Position numbers and translations under genes: made by a program. DNA of 63,829 bases, counting the filler, from Octopus bimaculoides (taxonomy: Eukaryota): NCBI RefSeq assembly GCF_001194135.2. It is 5 parts of 5 records of this genome, joined end to end, with 100 filler letters (N's around TTAATTAATTAA, not from the genome) between each part and the next. Parts side by side here need not be neighbours in the genome. Positions count along the whole stretch, not along the records: positions 1 to 22,325 come from NC_068983.1; 4 more parts are not named here. The stretch is one strand, 5' to 3'. The notes below the pieces were generated by a model, which saw only the letters and a list, made by a program, of their open reading frames with translations, was not told the origin of the DNA and did not search any database. Positions 1 to 12,709 of this stretch are shown here, in pieces. The stretch's first letter is position 1; each line of letters starts with the position of its first letter.

Positions 1-265
1 TAATAGCCCTGTCTACCTCCTTGTTCCACCACCATGTTACTCTGGGTCGGGAGGGGACCTTACACCACCCACAAATCTGGCCGGTGGCTTCCAACAGGTT
101 GTCCCGCAGAAATCTCCAATTGTCTTCCACGTTGTATGATGCTATATCCCCTTCTATTTCGTTAAATGCTTCAAGTAACTTGTCTCTAAGTCTCTGTCCA
201 TTTGCAGGGTCTTTAAGCTTCCACACCCTTCACCTCCAAGCCGGTCTAATTCTGGGCACCCATTT
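1..265 (-). mobile_element. RTE-clade LINE fragment (region between APE and RT), in separase intron
   Basis: Minus-strand translation RVWKLKDPANGQRLRDKLLEAF...NWRFLRDNLLEATGQICGWCRSPPRPRVTWWWNKEVDRAI; WWN..V..AI is typical of RTE ORFs. Confidence 0.7.
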
Positions 266-343
266 TGCCTTGATCCCAAAGTCACTAACTACTAATCTAT
301 GTTGTGGTTCCAAATTAATTAATCTATTTTATTTTGATTGTAG

Positions 344-526
344 ATTTTAATTGATTCCAGTGAACTTTTATCTGATGAATGTTTGGAATCTGCTGTCATA
401 GACATTACTGGTTTGCAGAATCAAGACAGTAGATTGCAGAGTATCAAATCCCTAATACTACGTCATTGCAAAAACCTTAATTCTTCTGTTGCTGAAAGAC
501 ATCCTATTACATTAATTCTTGACAAG
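344..526 (+). CDS. ESPL1: Separase (peptidase C50) internal coding exon
   Basis: AG at 342-343, GT at 527; reads ILIDSSELLSDECLESAV...ERHPITLILDK, phase 0/0, joins in frame to the next exon. The 5' boundary could alternatively be 361. Confidence 0.8.
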
Positions 527-1319
527 GTAATTGTTTTGTATAATTGGTCCATTAAAGTATTGATTGAATTTTTTAATGTAAATTCTTTCTGCAGATGAAG
601 TTCTTATGTAAAATGCAATAACAAAACAAGGTTATCTAGCAAAGTAAAATAGTAGAATTTGGGGACTGTTTTAAGTTCTTTGCCACAAAAAATAACTCCA
701 TCATCATCATTTAATATCAATGTTCCATGCTTGCATGGGTCAGATGGAATTTGTTGATGCAGATTTTCTATGGCCAGATCCCCTTCCTTGTTGCCAATTC
801 TCCTGTGTTTCCAAGTAAGGTAACATTTTCCCATGATCAGGCATAGTAGATTGGAAACAAAGGACACTGCTTGTATGACAGTGACACTCACAATTATCAC
901 ATACTCACCCACGTGTGCGAAGGGATGTGACATGATAGTGAGTTAACGGTTTTGATTCTCAGGCTGACTATGCTTTGTGTTCTTGAGCAAAACACTTCAT
1001 TTCATGTTGCTCCAGTTCACACAGCTGTAAATAGGTAACACCTACTCTCTTACTCCAAAGCCAACAAAAGGCTCTTTCTGCTGCCTTTCCCATCCTGCGC
1101 ACAGCCACCTTTCGCTCCTTACCTCTCATTCCAATTGCTGTAAGCATCCGCCATGCTGACTGAGCAGGGAATATTTTGGACTAATGAGTATATGTTGATT
1201 AGTGTGTTAATGTATTGAGTAAAGCACTGGCATGGTTTGGGCTACCTGGTGTCATCCGCAGTTGGGGTATATTTCCGTTGAATCTACTTCATGAATTCTG
1301 CAGTGTTAGTTGAGATAAT

Positions 1320-1689
1320 AATAATTGATTAAGTAACCAGAAGATGGATTTGGTATTAGTCTTTATTCGTTACAATGATTGTTTCAACCTATCCTGCTAC
1401 TGTCCCTTATAAGTGGGACTCTGTACATCATGTGGTGTTGCATCCATTTTGCAGTCTGGGTTACATCAGGAACATCCATACATAAAGAGGTGTCTCACTA
1501 AAAATCCTTAACAAGACACCACTTTATGTATAGTTGTACCTGATGTAACCCAGACTGCAAAATGGATGCATCACCACATGATGTACAGAGTCCCACCCAT
1601 AAGGAACAGTAGCAGGATAGGTTGAAACAATCATTGTACAAAATAAAGACTAATACCAAATCCATCTTCGGGTTACTTAATCAATTATT
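1320..1689. repeat. Long foldback (about 174-bp inverted arms, 19-nt loop)
   Basis: 1320-1493 is the reverse complement of 1513-1689 with about 12 mismatches (manual alignment). Confidence 0.95.
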
Positions 1690-1734
1690 TTTTATATATA
1701 TATATATATATATATACACACCCACAAACATGAA

Positions 1735-1905
1735 TGACAGGTTTCTTTAAGTTTCTGTCGACCAAATCCACTCACAAGGCTTAGGTTGGTCTGAAGCTAT
1801 AGTAGAAGACATTTGACCAAGGTGCTGCACAGTGGAACTAAATCCACAACTGTGTGGCTGAAAGTGAATTGCTTAATTACAGTCATTTTTTAGTCTATAA
1901 CCATG
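1735..1905 (-). mobile_element. tRNA-derived SINE family A, 5' part
   Basis: Matches other copies in the window (caaatccactcacaagg...tatagtagaagac...cagtggaact). Confidence 0.75.
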
Positions 1906-2166
1906 CCTGCACCTAACTTACCAAAAAATTTATCAAATATCGTCAACTGAAGTTGAAGTAGGTTTTCTTTTTTTACTTCCCTTCATGATTTCTGGTTAGA
2001 TTTAAAGGCATGAAAACACTGATAATATAAAAATACTGGCACTTTCAAACCAGTATTGACTATTTTGTGTAAATTTGTTATTGTTTTTGAGTTTTTGATT
2101 TTTCAATTAAGCTGTTTGCAGAGGTTTCACTATTCTTATTGTTTTGATTTTATTCATCCTTTGTAG

Positions 2167-2384
2167 GAAATTCAACATCTTCCATGGGAAAACATGCCCA
2201 TTTTACGAAAGCAGGCTGTTACACGAATACCATCTTTATATTACCTTAAGATTCAAAAGAAATTTCTGCATAACCAAGGTTCTATCCTCACTGATGGTAT
2301 TGATAGAACAAATGCCTACTATGTACTTAACCCTGATGCAAACTTGCAGCATACACAGGAAACTTTTAAAGATTGGTTTCAAAG
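2167..2384 (+). CDS. ESPL1: Separase coding exon
   Basis: ttgtag acceptor, gtaaga donor; EIQHLPWENMPILRKQAVTRIPS...YYVLNPDANLQHTQETFKDWFQ matches the separase LPWE and Y.LNP motifs. Confidence 0.93.
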
Positions 2385-2994
2385 GTAAGACGTCAATCTT
2401 TTTATGAAATTAATACTTAGTTCTGTGTTATCACAACTAATTCAATCATTTTGAACTAGATGGTTTAATGAAATAAAACATGCTGGTTTCAAAGTGTTCA
2501 AGAACCTTTTGTTCAGTTACATTCCATGTACCAGTTTAATGATGACAAAGTTACTTGTTTTACTAAATCTCATTGAATTCTATATTGTTTTTGAAATTAA
2601 TTGAAATACAAGTAATGTACTTCATTAGAAATTGAGTCAGCAAAGGGTTAAGGGTCACAAGATGTTTGACTGCTGAATTAAAATGATTCATGGGGTTAGT
2701 ATTTGACTAGCAGCTCATGCCTAAAAATTCTTTAATCAACAATTTCTTAAGTAAATATGTAAATTTTCAGAAACAATTCATCTCTGCTAAAAGTAAAATT
2801 TTCTGTAAAACTAAGTGGATGGAACAAAAATGATTACCATTTCTGCAGAATTACTAATATGTAAAAAAATAACTGTCTCTTATCAATATCCACTGGCATT
2901 TATTAATGAGAAGAGGATTTGCCTTAATGAAGTTACATTATTATGATTGTTGATTCTTTGCAAGATTTCTTCGTAAAAGAAATTAAACATAAGT

Positions 2995-3300
2995 GCAGAT
3001 GTGGCTGTATGGTAAGAAGCTAGGTTCTAGGTTCAGTGGGCAAGTGTCTTCTTCTATAGCCTCAGGCTGACCAAAGCCTTGTGAGTAGATTTGTATCGTA
3101 GATAGAAACTGAAAGAAGCATGGTGCACATATCTGTGTCGGTGTGTTTATGTCAGTATAACTTAGCAGTTCAGCAACAGAGATCAATAGAATTAGTACCA
3201 GGCTTAAGAAAAAAGCACTGCGGTTGATTCATTTGACTAAAAATTCGTCCAGGCAGTGCTTTAGCATGGCCTTAGTCTAATGACTGAAACAAGTAAAAGC
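2995..3300 (+). mobile_element. tRNA-derived SINE family A
   Basis: gtggctgtatggtaagaagc head, B-box-like ggttcagt, shared body and 3' part. Confidence 0.75.
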
Positions 3301-3879
3301 AAAAAAAGATACATTTGATAGGAATGTCGTTGAAACTTTAAACTGGATCATTTTCTGTCAGCTTTTATTGATATCAATCCGAACAAATATTTACACAAAT
3401 CTGACATCATAACTCTAAGCTCACTAATGAACTTATATTTGTGAAAGTTCATAATTTTTCTGCCTCAGTTATTTTCACATTATCATTTACTCTTTGTCTG
3501 GTCCTAGCCAGTGGCTTCTGGCCATACTGGGGAAGTTGTCATCATTATTTGGTGCCTTCATCGTTGTTTTAATGTTCACTTTTCTATACTCACACAAGTA
3601 AATAGAATTCATTGAGGCAAATCTTCTAACTGGATGCATTCCTGTTGCCAACACTCACTCGGTTGCAAGCAAGGTAATATTTTCCCAAGGCTGGTCATGT
3701 TTTTATGGAAAATTGGAAATAAACACTGCTTATATGACAGTGGTGCTTATTTACAAATGTCACATGATGTCAAGACAAGGAGACAAGCATACGCTTACAC
3801 ATGTGCGCTTGCGTGTGTGCACACACACACATATACACATGTGTGTGGGTGTATATATTTATATATATGTGTGTGAGTG

Positions 3880-4150
3880 TTATCATCATCATCATCATTT
3901 AATGTCTGTTGTCCATGCTGACATGGGTTGGATGGTTTGACCAGGGCTGGTAAACTGGAAAGTTGCACCAGACTCCAGTCTGATTTGGCATGGTTTTCTA
4001 TGGCTGGATGCCCTTCCTAACACCAACCACTCTGAGGGCCACCGGCATGGACCCATTTGCGTGACACCAGTATCTTCCACGACTGCAATTTTGCGCAGCT
4101 TGATGGGTCTTGGTCATTGCCTTCGTAAGGTCCAACACTTGAAAAGAATT
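3880..4150 (-). mobile_element. RTE-tail-derived SINE-like repeat, family C
   Basis: (cat)n-ttaa end and atggctggatgcccttcctaa core, shared with 4925-5125, 12710-13000, 40795-41030, 42140-42420, 44290-44585. Confidence 0.7.
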
Positions 4151-4629
4151 GTGTATGTATATATTTATGTGTGTGTGTATGGCAGATTTCTATCTACAAA
4201 TTCACTCAAAAGGTTATAGTAGAAGACACTTGCCCAAGGTACCTCACAGTGGAACAGAACCTGAAACTGTGTAGTTGGGAAGTGAACTTCTCAACCACAA
4301 AGCTATACCTACACCTTGTACTGCAATATGTATGGTGTAAGCTTCTATAATATCTACTCGTAATTTACACATTTGACAAGTGTGATGGTATGTTATTAAA
4401 TTCTTGGCTAACCAGATTTGCAATCTAATTTAATTTCGTTGCCAAGCAGCTTGACTGCATCAGTAACATTAATGTTTTTGAAAGTGCATAAATATCATAA
4501 CATTTGTCTATTCTGCCATTAAAGACATCTCAGGTTGCTTAGCTATAAAAGAAACCACTATCTAAGTTGTATATAACAAATTAAGTAAATATTTTTCTTA
4601 CTGTCCATTTTTGATTGTCATTATTTCAG

Positions 4630-4713
4630 CATTCCTGACTGGGAAGGTGTTGTGGGGCAACCACCAACTGCCGATCAATTTATATCAGCCTTAACTCAAA
4701 AAGATGTCATGAT
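4630..4713 (+). CDS. ESPL1: Separase coding exon
   Basis: tttcag acceptor, gtaagt donor, phase 2/2; (S)IPDWEGVVGQPPTADQFISALTQKDVM(I). Confidence 0.9.
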
Positions 4714-6229
4714 GTAAGTAAAGTCAGTTTCACTATTTCATAAATTGCACATGTTCTGACTTAATGTTGATCTTTTAATATAAGTTAGGAAGTTTGTGAC
4801 ATAAGAAACTTATGATGATGTCTGTTGGTAGAAGCTGTAAACATCAGGGATAAAAGAGTGCTTTTGAGTCTCCCCCACAAATACCATGTATAGTATTTAT
4901 CCCACTCAAGTTGCACAGATGCTGCCTTGTTATCATCATCATCATCATCATCATAAACATCCTCATCATCATTTAATGTCTGTTTTTCATACTGGCATGA
5001 GTGTTGGACAGTTTGATAGGATCTGGTGAGTTGCAGGACTGCATTGGACTCCATTGTTAGCTTTGGCATGATTTCTACAGCTGGATGCCCTTCCACATGC
5101 CCACCACTTTACAATGTGTACTGGAAAAGAAAAGGGAAAAGCCTTCTCAACTAAACGGGAGAAGTGTTTGAATGGGAGGGAAGTGGTTTTATTCCAGGTG
5201 TTGAGAGGTTAAAGTATGATAAAGGAACAAGCACAGGTGTCTTACTGTAAAGGAGATGCATAGCTACCCCACATTATATAAATGTGGAGGGAGCAGTTGG
5301 AAAGAAAATAAAGATGGTAGTGATGAGGTGCCATAGTAAACTCTTCTCTGCATTGTAAATACTGTGGACCAGTGATTGGCTCATTGGAAACATGTAGCCA
5401 ACAGAACTTGTTTGTAAAATGCAATGAAAAAATAACTAACCAACTGGTTTAAATTATTGTACCTGTTTTTTATTGAAACCGTTTTGAAAACAATTTTTCA
5501 TGTGATTTTATTGAAGCAAAACCCTTAGAAGAGCCCTACTTGAAATGCTTTTTCTCATGGCCTTCAAATTTATTCAGTTTTGTGAATTTTATTAACTGAT
5601 TTTTGTCAGTGTCACTAGTTTCTTTGGATTTTTAAAACTAGAAGTTTACATTTCAAATAATTATTTCTAGGTACTCTTTTAATGTTCACTGCATTAAATA
5701 TTTGAAGAAAACATTACCTTAAATAATGATAATAATGATCCTTTCTAGGCCTGAAATTTTGGGGAAGGGGAGGCTTGTCAATTACATTGATCCTAGTACT
5801 CAACTAGTACTTATTCAAACACTGAGATGATGAAAGGCAAAGTTGACCTTGGCAGAATTTGAACATAAAAATGGATGAAATGTGTAAATAATTTGTTTGG
5901 TATGTTAACAGTTCTGCCAACTCACTACCTTAATAATAATAATAATAATATCTATCTCTGAAGAGATAGCCCTGTGCTGAATAACAACATAGATGTGCTA
6001 CACTGGGCTCCCCATTCAAAAACCAATCCAATCTAATAACATCGATGGAATGGGATAAAGGAACCTGTAGAAGACTTGAAGGAAGTGGTCTTTTAATGAA
6101 AATAATCACAAAAAAGAAATTTTACTGCCATACAAAGTACAGTTTCTCCTATGCACGATGTCTCAGTGAAACGTGTGAAGCACACATGCAAAATCATCAC
6201 CAGAAAGTTTACAAATTATAAAATAAATG

Positions 6230-6725
6230 GAACATAAATTGAGTTATTACACATACATCTCAATGTTTACACAACTACGTGAAATTTACAGGACACACAT
6301 TCACGCATAAGAGAACATGTGTCACAAACGAAGCAGAAACAAAAAACAAAACATTAAAAAAAATTTTTTTTATTTTTCGAACTAACACAGACTGAACAAT
6401 TCAGAAGTTTAAAAACACCACAAAAGAAACTATGCCTGGAGATAAATCTATCAACAAAATAAAATACAGATCTTTTAGCCTTAAGAAGCTACGTTACAAG
6501 CAATGTTTACATGCAGAGAACTTGGAGATGGTGTTGTATTAAAAAATTAACCCTAAACAGACTGATCCGTCCCCTAATGTCAACGTCCAAGCTTGTCATG
6601 CCTCAATAACAAAGCAAAATACAAACTGGATTGGTCGTCAACCAAGGGCCACATACTCAAATGATGAGCCAGATTTGATACGGAAAATTAGCTACTGGTT
6701 CAAATCTTCTCGAAACACATGAGCT
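6230..6725 (+). mobile_element. Decayed Penelope-like (GIY-YIG) 3' segment followed by a hammerhead-like motif
   Basis: Frameshifted VI...C.....FTG.T, SRIREHVSQ (about 6301-6327) and LEMVLY..INPK remnants, then ATGATGA / stem AGATTTGA-TCAAATCT / CGAAAC. Confidence 0.45.
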
Positions 6726-6759
6726 GGAAGTACCCCACAACCAGAATATTCCAACACAT

Positions 6760-9700
6760 GGCCATCCATGCTAGTCATCAAATAACCAAAAGAAAAAGAA
6801 TGGAAAATGGTCTAAGGGAGATAATAAAGAAGTTCTTATGGCCTTCTGCATTGCCATATATTTCCCTACAAATAAATCTAATACTGTACAAACTTACTTA
6901 AACTGGAGACAGAAACACCTTCAAGTAAACTTACCAATGTCAGAAGAAACATTATGAAAAAGAAATTACTAACTGAAGTTGAGATTGACTAAATTAAACA
7001 ATCAGTAAGGGATAAAAGAACGAACCTGCAGCTAAAGAAGATACTACAGTGGAAATAATTATAGACCAGCCCAGGGCTGATGAAAATGCAATAATGACTG
7101 AAAGAGTTAATGTAACTGATAGGCAAAGTAAAATACTCTCTGGACCAACCATAAACACTAAGGCAGATGAAAATCAAATAGATGAAGAAAGTCACACAGA
7201 AATTGACCCAACAGAACTACATGATCTAAAAAATCAAATCATGATTGAATGGCTGAAAATTAAAGAAACCAGTATGAATGAATGCGACACTCTCCCAAAA
7301 ATTTGCAATTCTAACCAAAACCTGAAAATAATTGGTAAAATCCACCTTGTACTTAAGGATATAATATCAGTTAATGATGTTAATATTACAGATCTTAACC
7401 ACCTGCACTATGCATCCGCAAAAATCTCAATAATTCTATGTGGTGAAAAGATTAGAAAGCAACAACATTCCCACAAAAAAAGCCTTCTTGGCAAGTGTGT
7501 ATTCAACACCAAGTTCAGCTACTTAGGTCTGACATAGAATGTTAAAAAAACCTTAAGTTTGACAAGACTATGAAACCAACAAAAACCCGAAAATTAAAGA
7601 AAAAATATAATATGAAAACCATATTTGACATTGATACCACTATAAAAACCATCAAGCAAAAGGTATGTGATAAAGCTGCCCACATAGCAAAGTATGAAAA
7701 GTGTGTTAGATTCTTCAAGGACAACAACATGTTCAAAAACAACTCCAAAAATTTTTACAGGATGATAGGGAAAATACCAGTTACAGTAAAGTCTGTCCCA
7801 TCAAAAGAAGAAGTGCCGGAACTTTGGAATAAAATTTGGGCAGAAAGAAAAACAATGAAAAGGCCCCTTGGGTTGATAGAATGTCTACAGACTTAGACTC
7901 CTTAGAAGAGCAAAAGTGGGAGGGTATCAAGGTAGAGGATGTAAGATTTGCTCTCAGGAAGTCAAGCAAATGGAAGTCTCCAGGAAAGGATAAAATTCCT
8001 AACTTCTGGTTGAATGTTTTCCCAGAGAGTCATGAACTGCTAACAAAACTTTACAACAATGTTTTGCAACAATCTAGTATGATTCCCTCTTGGCTAGTTA
8101 ATGGTGTTACATTCCTACTTCCAAAAAATGAAGAAACAAATGAACCAAAATATTATAGACCCATAACCTGCTTAACAACAATGTATAAAATGCTAACATC
8201 TGTCTTGACTGAATACACCTATAGTTTTTTAATAGAAAGTGGCATATTCCCTAATGAGCAAAAAGGATGTAAACGTGGGTCCTATGGTTGTAAAGATCAG
8301 CTATTCATCAACAAGATGATCTTGGAAGATTGTCACAATCGACACAAAAACTTGTCGATAGCCTAGATAGACTATAAAAAAGCTTATGATAGTCTACCAC
8401 ATAGCTGGAGTAAGAAATGTCTGAAAATGTATAAAATAGCACCTACTCTGAGAAACTTTTTGTCTGTAAATATGAGATCATGGAGAACCATACTGACTTT
8501 GAACAGTGACAATGAATCTCTCAATGCTGGAGATGTAAGAATTTCATGTGACATTTTTCAGGGTGACTCTCTATCACCACTCCTCTTTTGTCTAGCCTTA
8601 ATACCTCTCTTGAAATTGCTCAATGATGTGCAGTACGGTTATAAAATGTTTAATAAAAATATAAATCATCTCTTTTACATGGATGATTTAAAGCTCTTTT
8701 CAAAAAATGACCAACAACTACAGGGCTTACTAGCGATTGTTAAACAATTCAGTGATGACATCAGGATGCAATTTGACCTCGATAAATGTGCAAAAGCTAC
8801 CTTTATCAAAGGAAAAATGACAGAAACATCTAACGTTAACCTTGATCAGCAGAATGTTATAAAGGAGTTAGAACCAGCAGAGAGCTACAAATACCTAGGG
8901 GTTTTTAAAGGGAACGGAATCAAACATTCAGGGATGAGGGAAAGGATCAGAAGAGAATGTTATCGCAGGGTAAGGGCAATACTCAAGACAGAACTGAATG
9001 CAAGAAACAGGATCGAAGTGATCAATACTTAAGCCATACCAATTGTGGCTTACAGTTTCAATATCATTAACTGGTCAGTTACTGAAATATGTAATCTTGA
9101 CAGAAAAATAAGAAAATTGACAATGCATAGAATGCACCACCCTAAGGAAGATATAGTATGACTTTATCTGCCAAGAAAAGAGGGAAGTTATGGACCTTTA
9201 CGACTGGAATTAACAATGAAGATTGCCACAATTGGCCTGAAAATCTCTATGGACTGGATGTTAAAACTTGTCTCAAAACATGAAAACAAGAAAGCATCAT
9301 ACTCAGTAACAAAACAGTCAGAGGAATATCTAAATGAATTCCAAATACAACAAATTGCAGAATTAGACTTACTAGAAACAAGCACAGAAAAAGCTAAGCG
9401 GATAAAAACCTGTGCTAAAACTGCTGCCTTAGATATTCTTACTGATAAATGGCAAGGAAAACCTCTCAATAGTAAATACGCAAAGAGAGCTAATAATGCC
9501 GATGTTGACAAAGCCCTTACCCATCAATGGTTAATGGCTTCTGACTTAAAATTAGAAACAGAAGGGTTTATCATAGTAGCCAAAAATCAATGCTTACCTA
9601 CAAGAAACTACCAGGCCAACATATTGAAGAATGACAGCTGCCCAACATGCTGTTTATGACAGCAACAAAATCAAACCATTGATCATGTTGTCTCCATGTG

Positions 9701-10405
9701 CAGTCTTCTTGCGCTTATAGTGCATATCAACAGGCATGATAGAACAGCACAATATATTCACTGGGTAATTTGCAAAAACCTGGACCTGCCCCATGATAAA
9801 AACTGGTGGGAACACAAACCACCTCCAGTGCTTGAAAATGGTCACATCTCACTCCTTGGGAACTTCACCATTCAAACTGACTGAAAGATAGATGCAAATA
9901 GGCCAGACATTATATTGAAAGACTTCAGACAAAAATCATGCCTCCTTGTTGATATAACTGTCCCAATCGATATTAATGTATCTGTCAAGAGCTACCAAAA
10001 ACTGAGCAAGTATAACGATCTTGAAATAGAAATTGGCAAAATGTGGAACCTGAAGACTAAAACAATACCCGTTGTCATAGGTGCCCTAGGAATGATAGCA
10101 AAAGGGGCTGATTGCTTCCTAGCTCAGACACCAAGAAACACCAAAATGGTAGAAATTCAAAAGATAGTGCTCATGGGAACTGCCCATATCCTTTGTAAAA
10201 TACTGTCTATGTAATCTCAAATTTTAAAACAAACTCATAATTTTCTTGTGTTTTCTTAAACATTCTCTAGAACAATACTATGTACAAAACCAAATATATG
10301 ACACCCTAGGTATAACACCAACATGAACGTCTAACTTGTTGTCTCTTGAGGTCTCTGGGTGAGACTTGGAGCCAACCTGTACAAATACAAAGCAAAAGTC
10401 AAATA
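6760..10405 (+). mobile_element. R4/Dong-clade non-LTR retrotransposon with RLE endonuclease, near full length, inactivated; intronic in separase
   Basis: N-terminal KWS..DNKEV..AF...TY.NWR motif; RT motifs KSPGKD, YRPITCL, EQKGCKRG, DYKKAYDS, IFQGDSLSPLLF, YMDD (8676-8687), YKYLG; CCHC finger about 9640-9702; RPDI.L.D nuclease about 9900; several stops and frameshifts; ends in (TAA)n. Confidence 0.92.
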
Positions 10406-10469
10406 TATAATAATAATAATGTAATGTATGTGTGTGTCTGTCATAATCTCTAATATTTCTCTTTTCCAG

Positions 10470-10634
10470 ATATTGTGGTCATGGCAGTGGCAGTAAATAC
10501 TTACACGGCGATCACTTACAAAACTTAAACTGTCATGCTGCTGCTATATTAATGGGATGCAGCAGTGGCCATATGGAAGCAAAAGGTGTCCTTGATGAAT
10601 GTGGAATGATTACAAACTACTATTTGGCATTTTG
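10470..10634 (+). CDS. ESPL1: Separase catalytic exon (His and Cys dyad)
   Basis: ttccag acceptor, gtaaat donor; YCGHGSG (His codon 10480-10482) and ILMGCSSG (Cys codon 10558-10560). Confidence 0.95.
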
Positions 10635-10804
10635 GTAAATATTACATTGTTCCTTTCTTCATTATCTATTACGATTGTAATTTCTCTTTTGTCTGTGTTG
10701 GTTTATTTTTTTCATTTTATTCTTCCTAACTCCTTTCAACTGTGAAGAATATTATAATCAAATTGGGTCATAAAATTCCTAATGAAAACTCTGCCATCTC
10801 TAGA

Positions 10805-11150
10805 GCTGCAGTCCCCAAGCATTTTTGTGCTATGGGCTGGTTTGATGCAAGACAATTTTTCCCTGGACTGGGGGATCACGTGTATAACAAAGCACAATAA
10901 GGTGCTTAATATATAAGTTAATTATTACAAATATGATACGTATATATTACAGATATAATACAGAGGCACCCTGCAGACTGTGATAGTCAATAAAATACAA
11001 ATACAATATAAAAGTTTATTCATTCTGTGCAGCCCAGTACCAAATGATCCACAGCTCAGTACTGGTCCATGGTCTATTTTAAAGTAAGTTAGGTTGGTGG
11101 AGTTCATTACACCCCAAGCTGTATTTTAAACCACACTCTGCAAGCTAATA
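10805..11150. mobile_element. Probable hAT-type MITE relic
   Basis: cagtccccaagc...ttggggtg-like ends and ggtccatggtc internal motif; degenerate. Confidence 0.4.
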
Positions 11151-11875
11151 AAACTAGGGAATTGCTATGTGGTTGCTTGACCTGCTAAAGATAGCTGCCA
11201 AATCCCAGTCAAATTTCATCCCCTAGCATCTTAAAAATCATATGGATATACTCTGTAATGTCCTAGATACACTAAAGAAAATGATATGGTTATGAAGGCT
11301 GGAATGCCATTGATCATAGGACTTCTCTATCTGGGTCGACCTGGGGCTAAGCAGCAATAATAACAGTGTTTATTTTGCTTTCAGTAGTCAGTCTTTCTCA
11401 TTACAGCTAGGTGGATGGAGCTTATGGATTTTTAATATCTTAGCTGTAAACATATAGTATTCACCCATCATTCAGCTAGTCACCATTTGCCCAATTAGAC
11501 TCACTCTTTTCAAACAGTTACAAACTGTTGTAATTTTAAAAGAACTTGTCAATACACCAGAGAATTCTTCAGTCATTGGTTTTAAAGTCCAGATGATAAT
11601 TTAAGATTAGTCAACGAAGCCAACTTCCAATTAAATATTTACTACTATTATTACTTTGAACCTCTTAACCACGATTGTTCTTAAGTCTACTCTGACCTGG
11701 AGTAGTAGTGCCTGTCAGGGTCCCATCTATTGGTTAATTAGCATATTAGGGTTTGCCTACTTATGCAGGTGAAGATTGGATCTAGTGGACTCTCCAGAAG
11801 AAACCTTCATGGTTCAGTAGAGAGAGAGGTCGCAGATGAGAGAGTGAGGTTGACAGTGCACAACTCTTCTTCACT

Positions 11876-12103
11876 TTAACCCTTTAGCATTTAGACTAAC
11901 CATATCCGGCACAAATATTCTACCTGTTTTATACTCAAACCAGCTAGATCTGACCTCTCACACCTGCTCTACAATGTTATTCTAAAAATATACAATCACA
12001 TCATCAAGGTTTTGAAGCTGTCAGATAATGCATGATTAACTCATATCAATGTGAATGAATAAGCATTACATTTGACAGAATAATCTGAATGCTAAAAGGT
12101 TAA
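11876..12103. mobile_element. piggyBac-type MITE (TTAA-CCCT...AGG-TTAA)
   Basis: TIR ttaaccctttagcatt / aatgctaaaaggttaa; same family at 17010-17236, 40439-40664, 50323-50549. Confidence 0.8.
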
Positions 12104-12254
12104 ACAGAGTCACTGCAAAAGTCATCAGTCATTCTTAACGATAACTAGATGGTCCTCATCACTTGGATGGATGAACATGTGTATAGTATTATAAACTTAG
12201 ATATGTTTCGACCAAAGATTGTCCCAGGCCATGTCTAACTTAATAGCACCACAT

Positions 12255-12572
12255 GATTATATTAGTCATGGAAATCCTCTTAGCCCCTTGTGGAGCATAG
12301 GGCCGGTTTCCCGGTTTCCATGGCATATGCGTTTCCCACTATCTGGATGGGACGCCAGTCCATCGCAGCTTTTTACTCAAGAAACAGGAAGAAAGAACAA
12401 GAGAAAGTTGGGTCGAAAGAGTACAACAGGGTCGCCACTACCCCCTGCCAGAGCCTCGTGGAGCTTTAGGTGTTTTCACTCAATAAACACACACAACGCC
12501 CAGTCTGGGAATCGAAACCGCGATCCTCTGACCACGAGTCCACTACCCTAACCACTGGGCCATTGCACCTCC
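12255..12572 (-). mobile_element. tRNA-derived SINE family D
   Basis: Minus head ggaggtgcaatggcccagtggttaggg (A box) and gcggtttcgattccc (B box); same family at 53345-53615. Confidence 0.8.
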
Positions 12573-12709
12573 ATATTAGTCATACTGAAGTTAAAAGAAA
12601 ATATTTTGAACAACTGTTGTGTGTGTATGTATGTGACTTAATGAGATAGATTTACACTAGCTTTATCTTGTATGTGCATTGGTAGAAAATATGTGTGTGT
12701 GTGTATATA

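Noticed and set aside
5951-5996. CTGAAGA-containing hairpin at the 5' edge of the Dong block as a hammerhead
   Set aside because: Has GAATA rather than GAAA, and no valid stem III or NUH.
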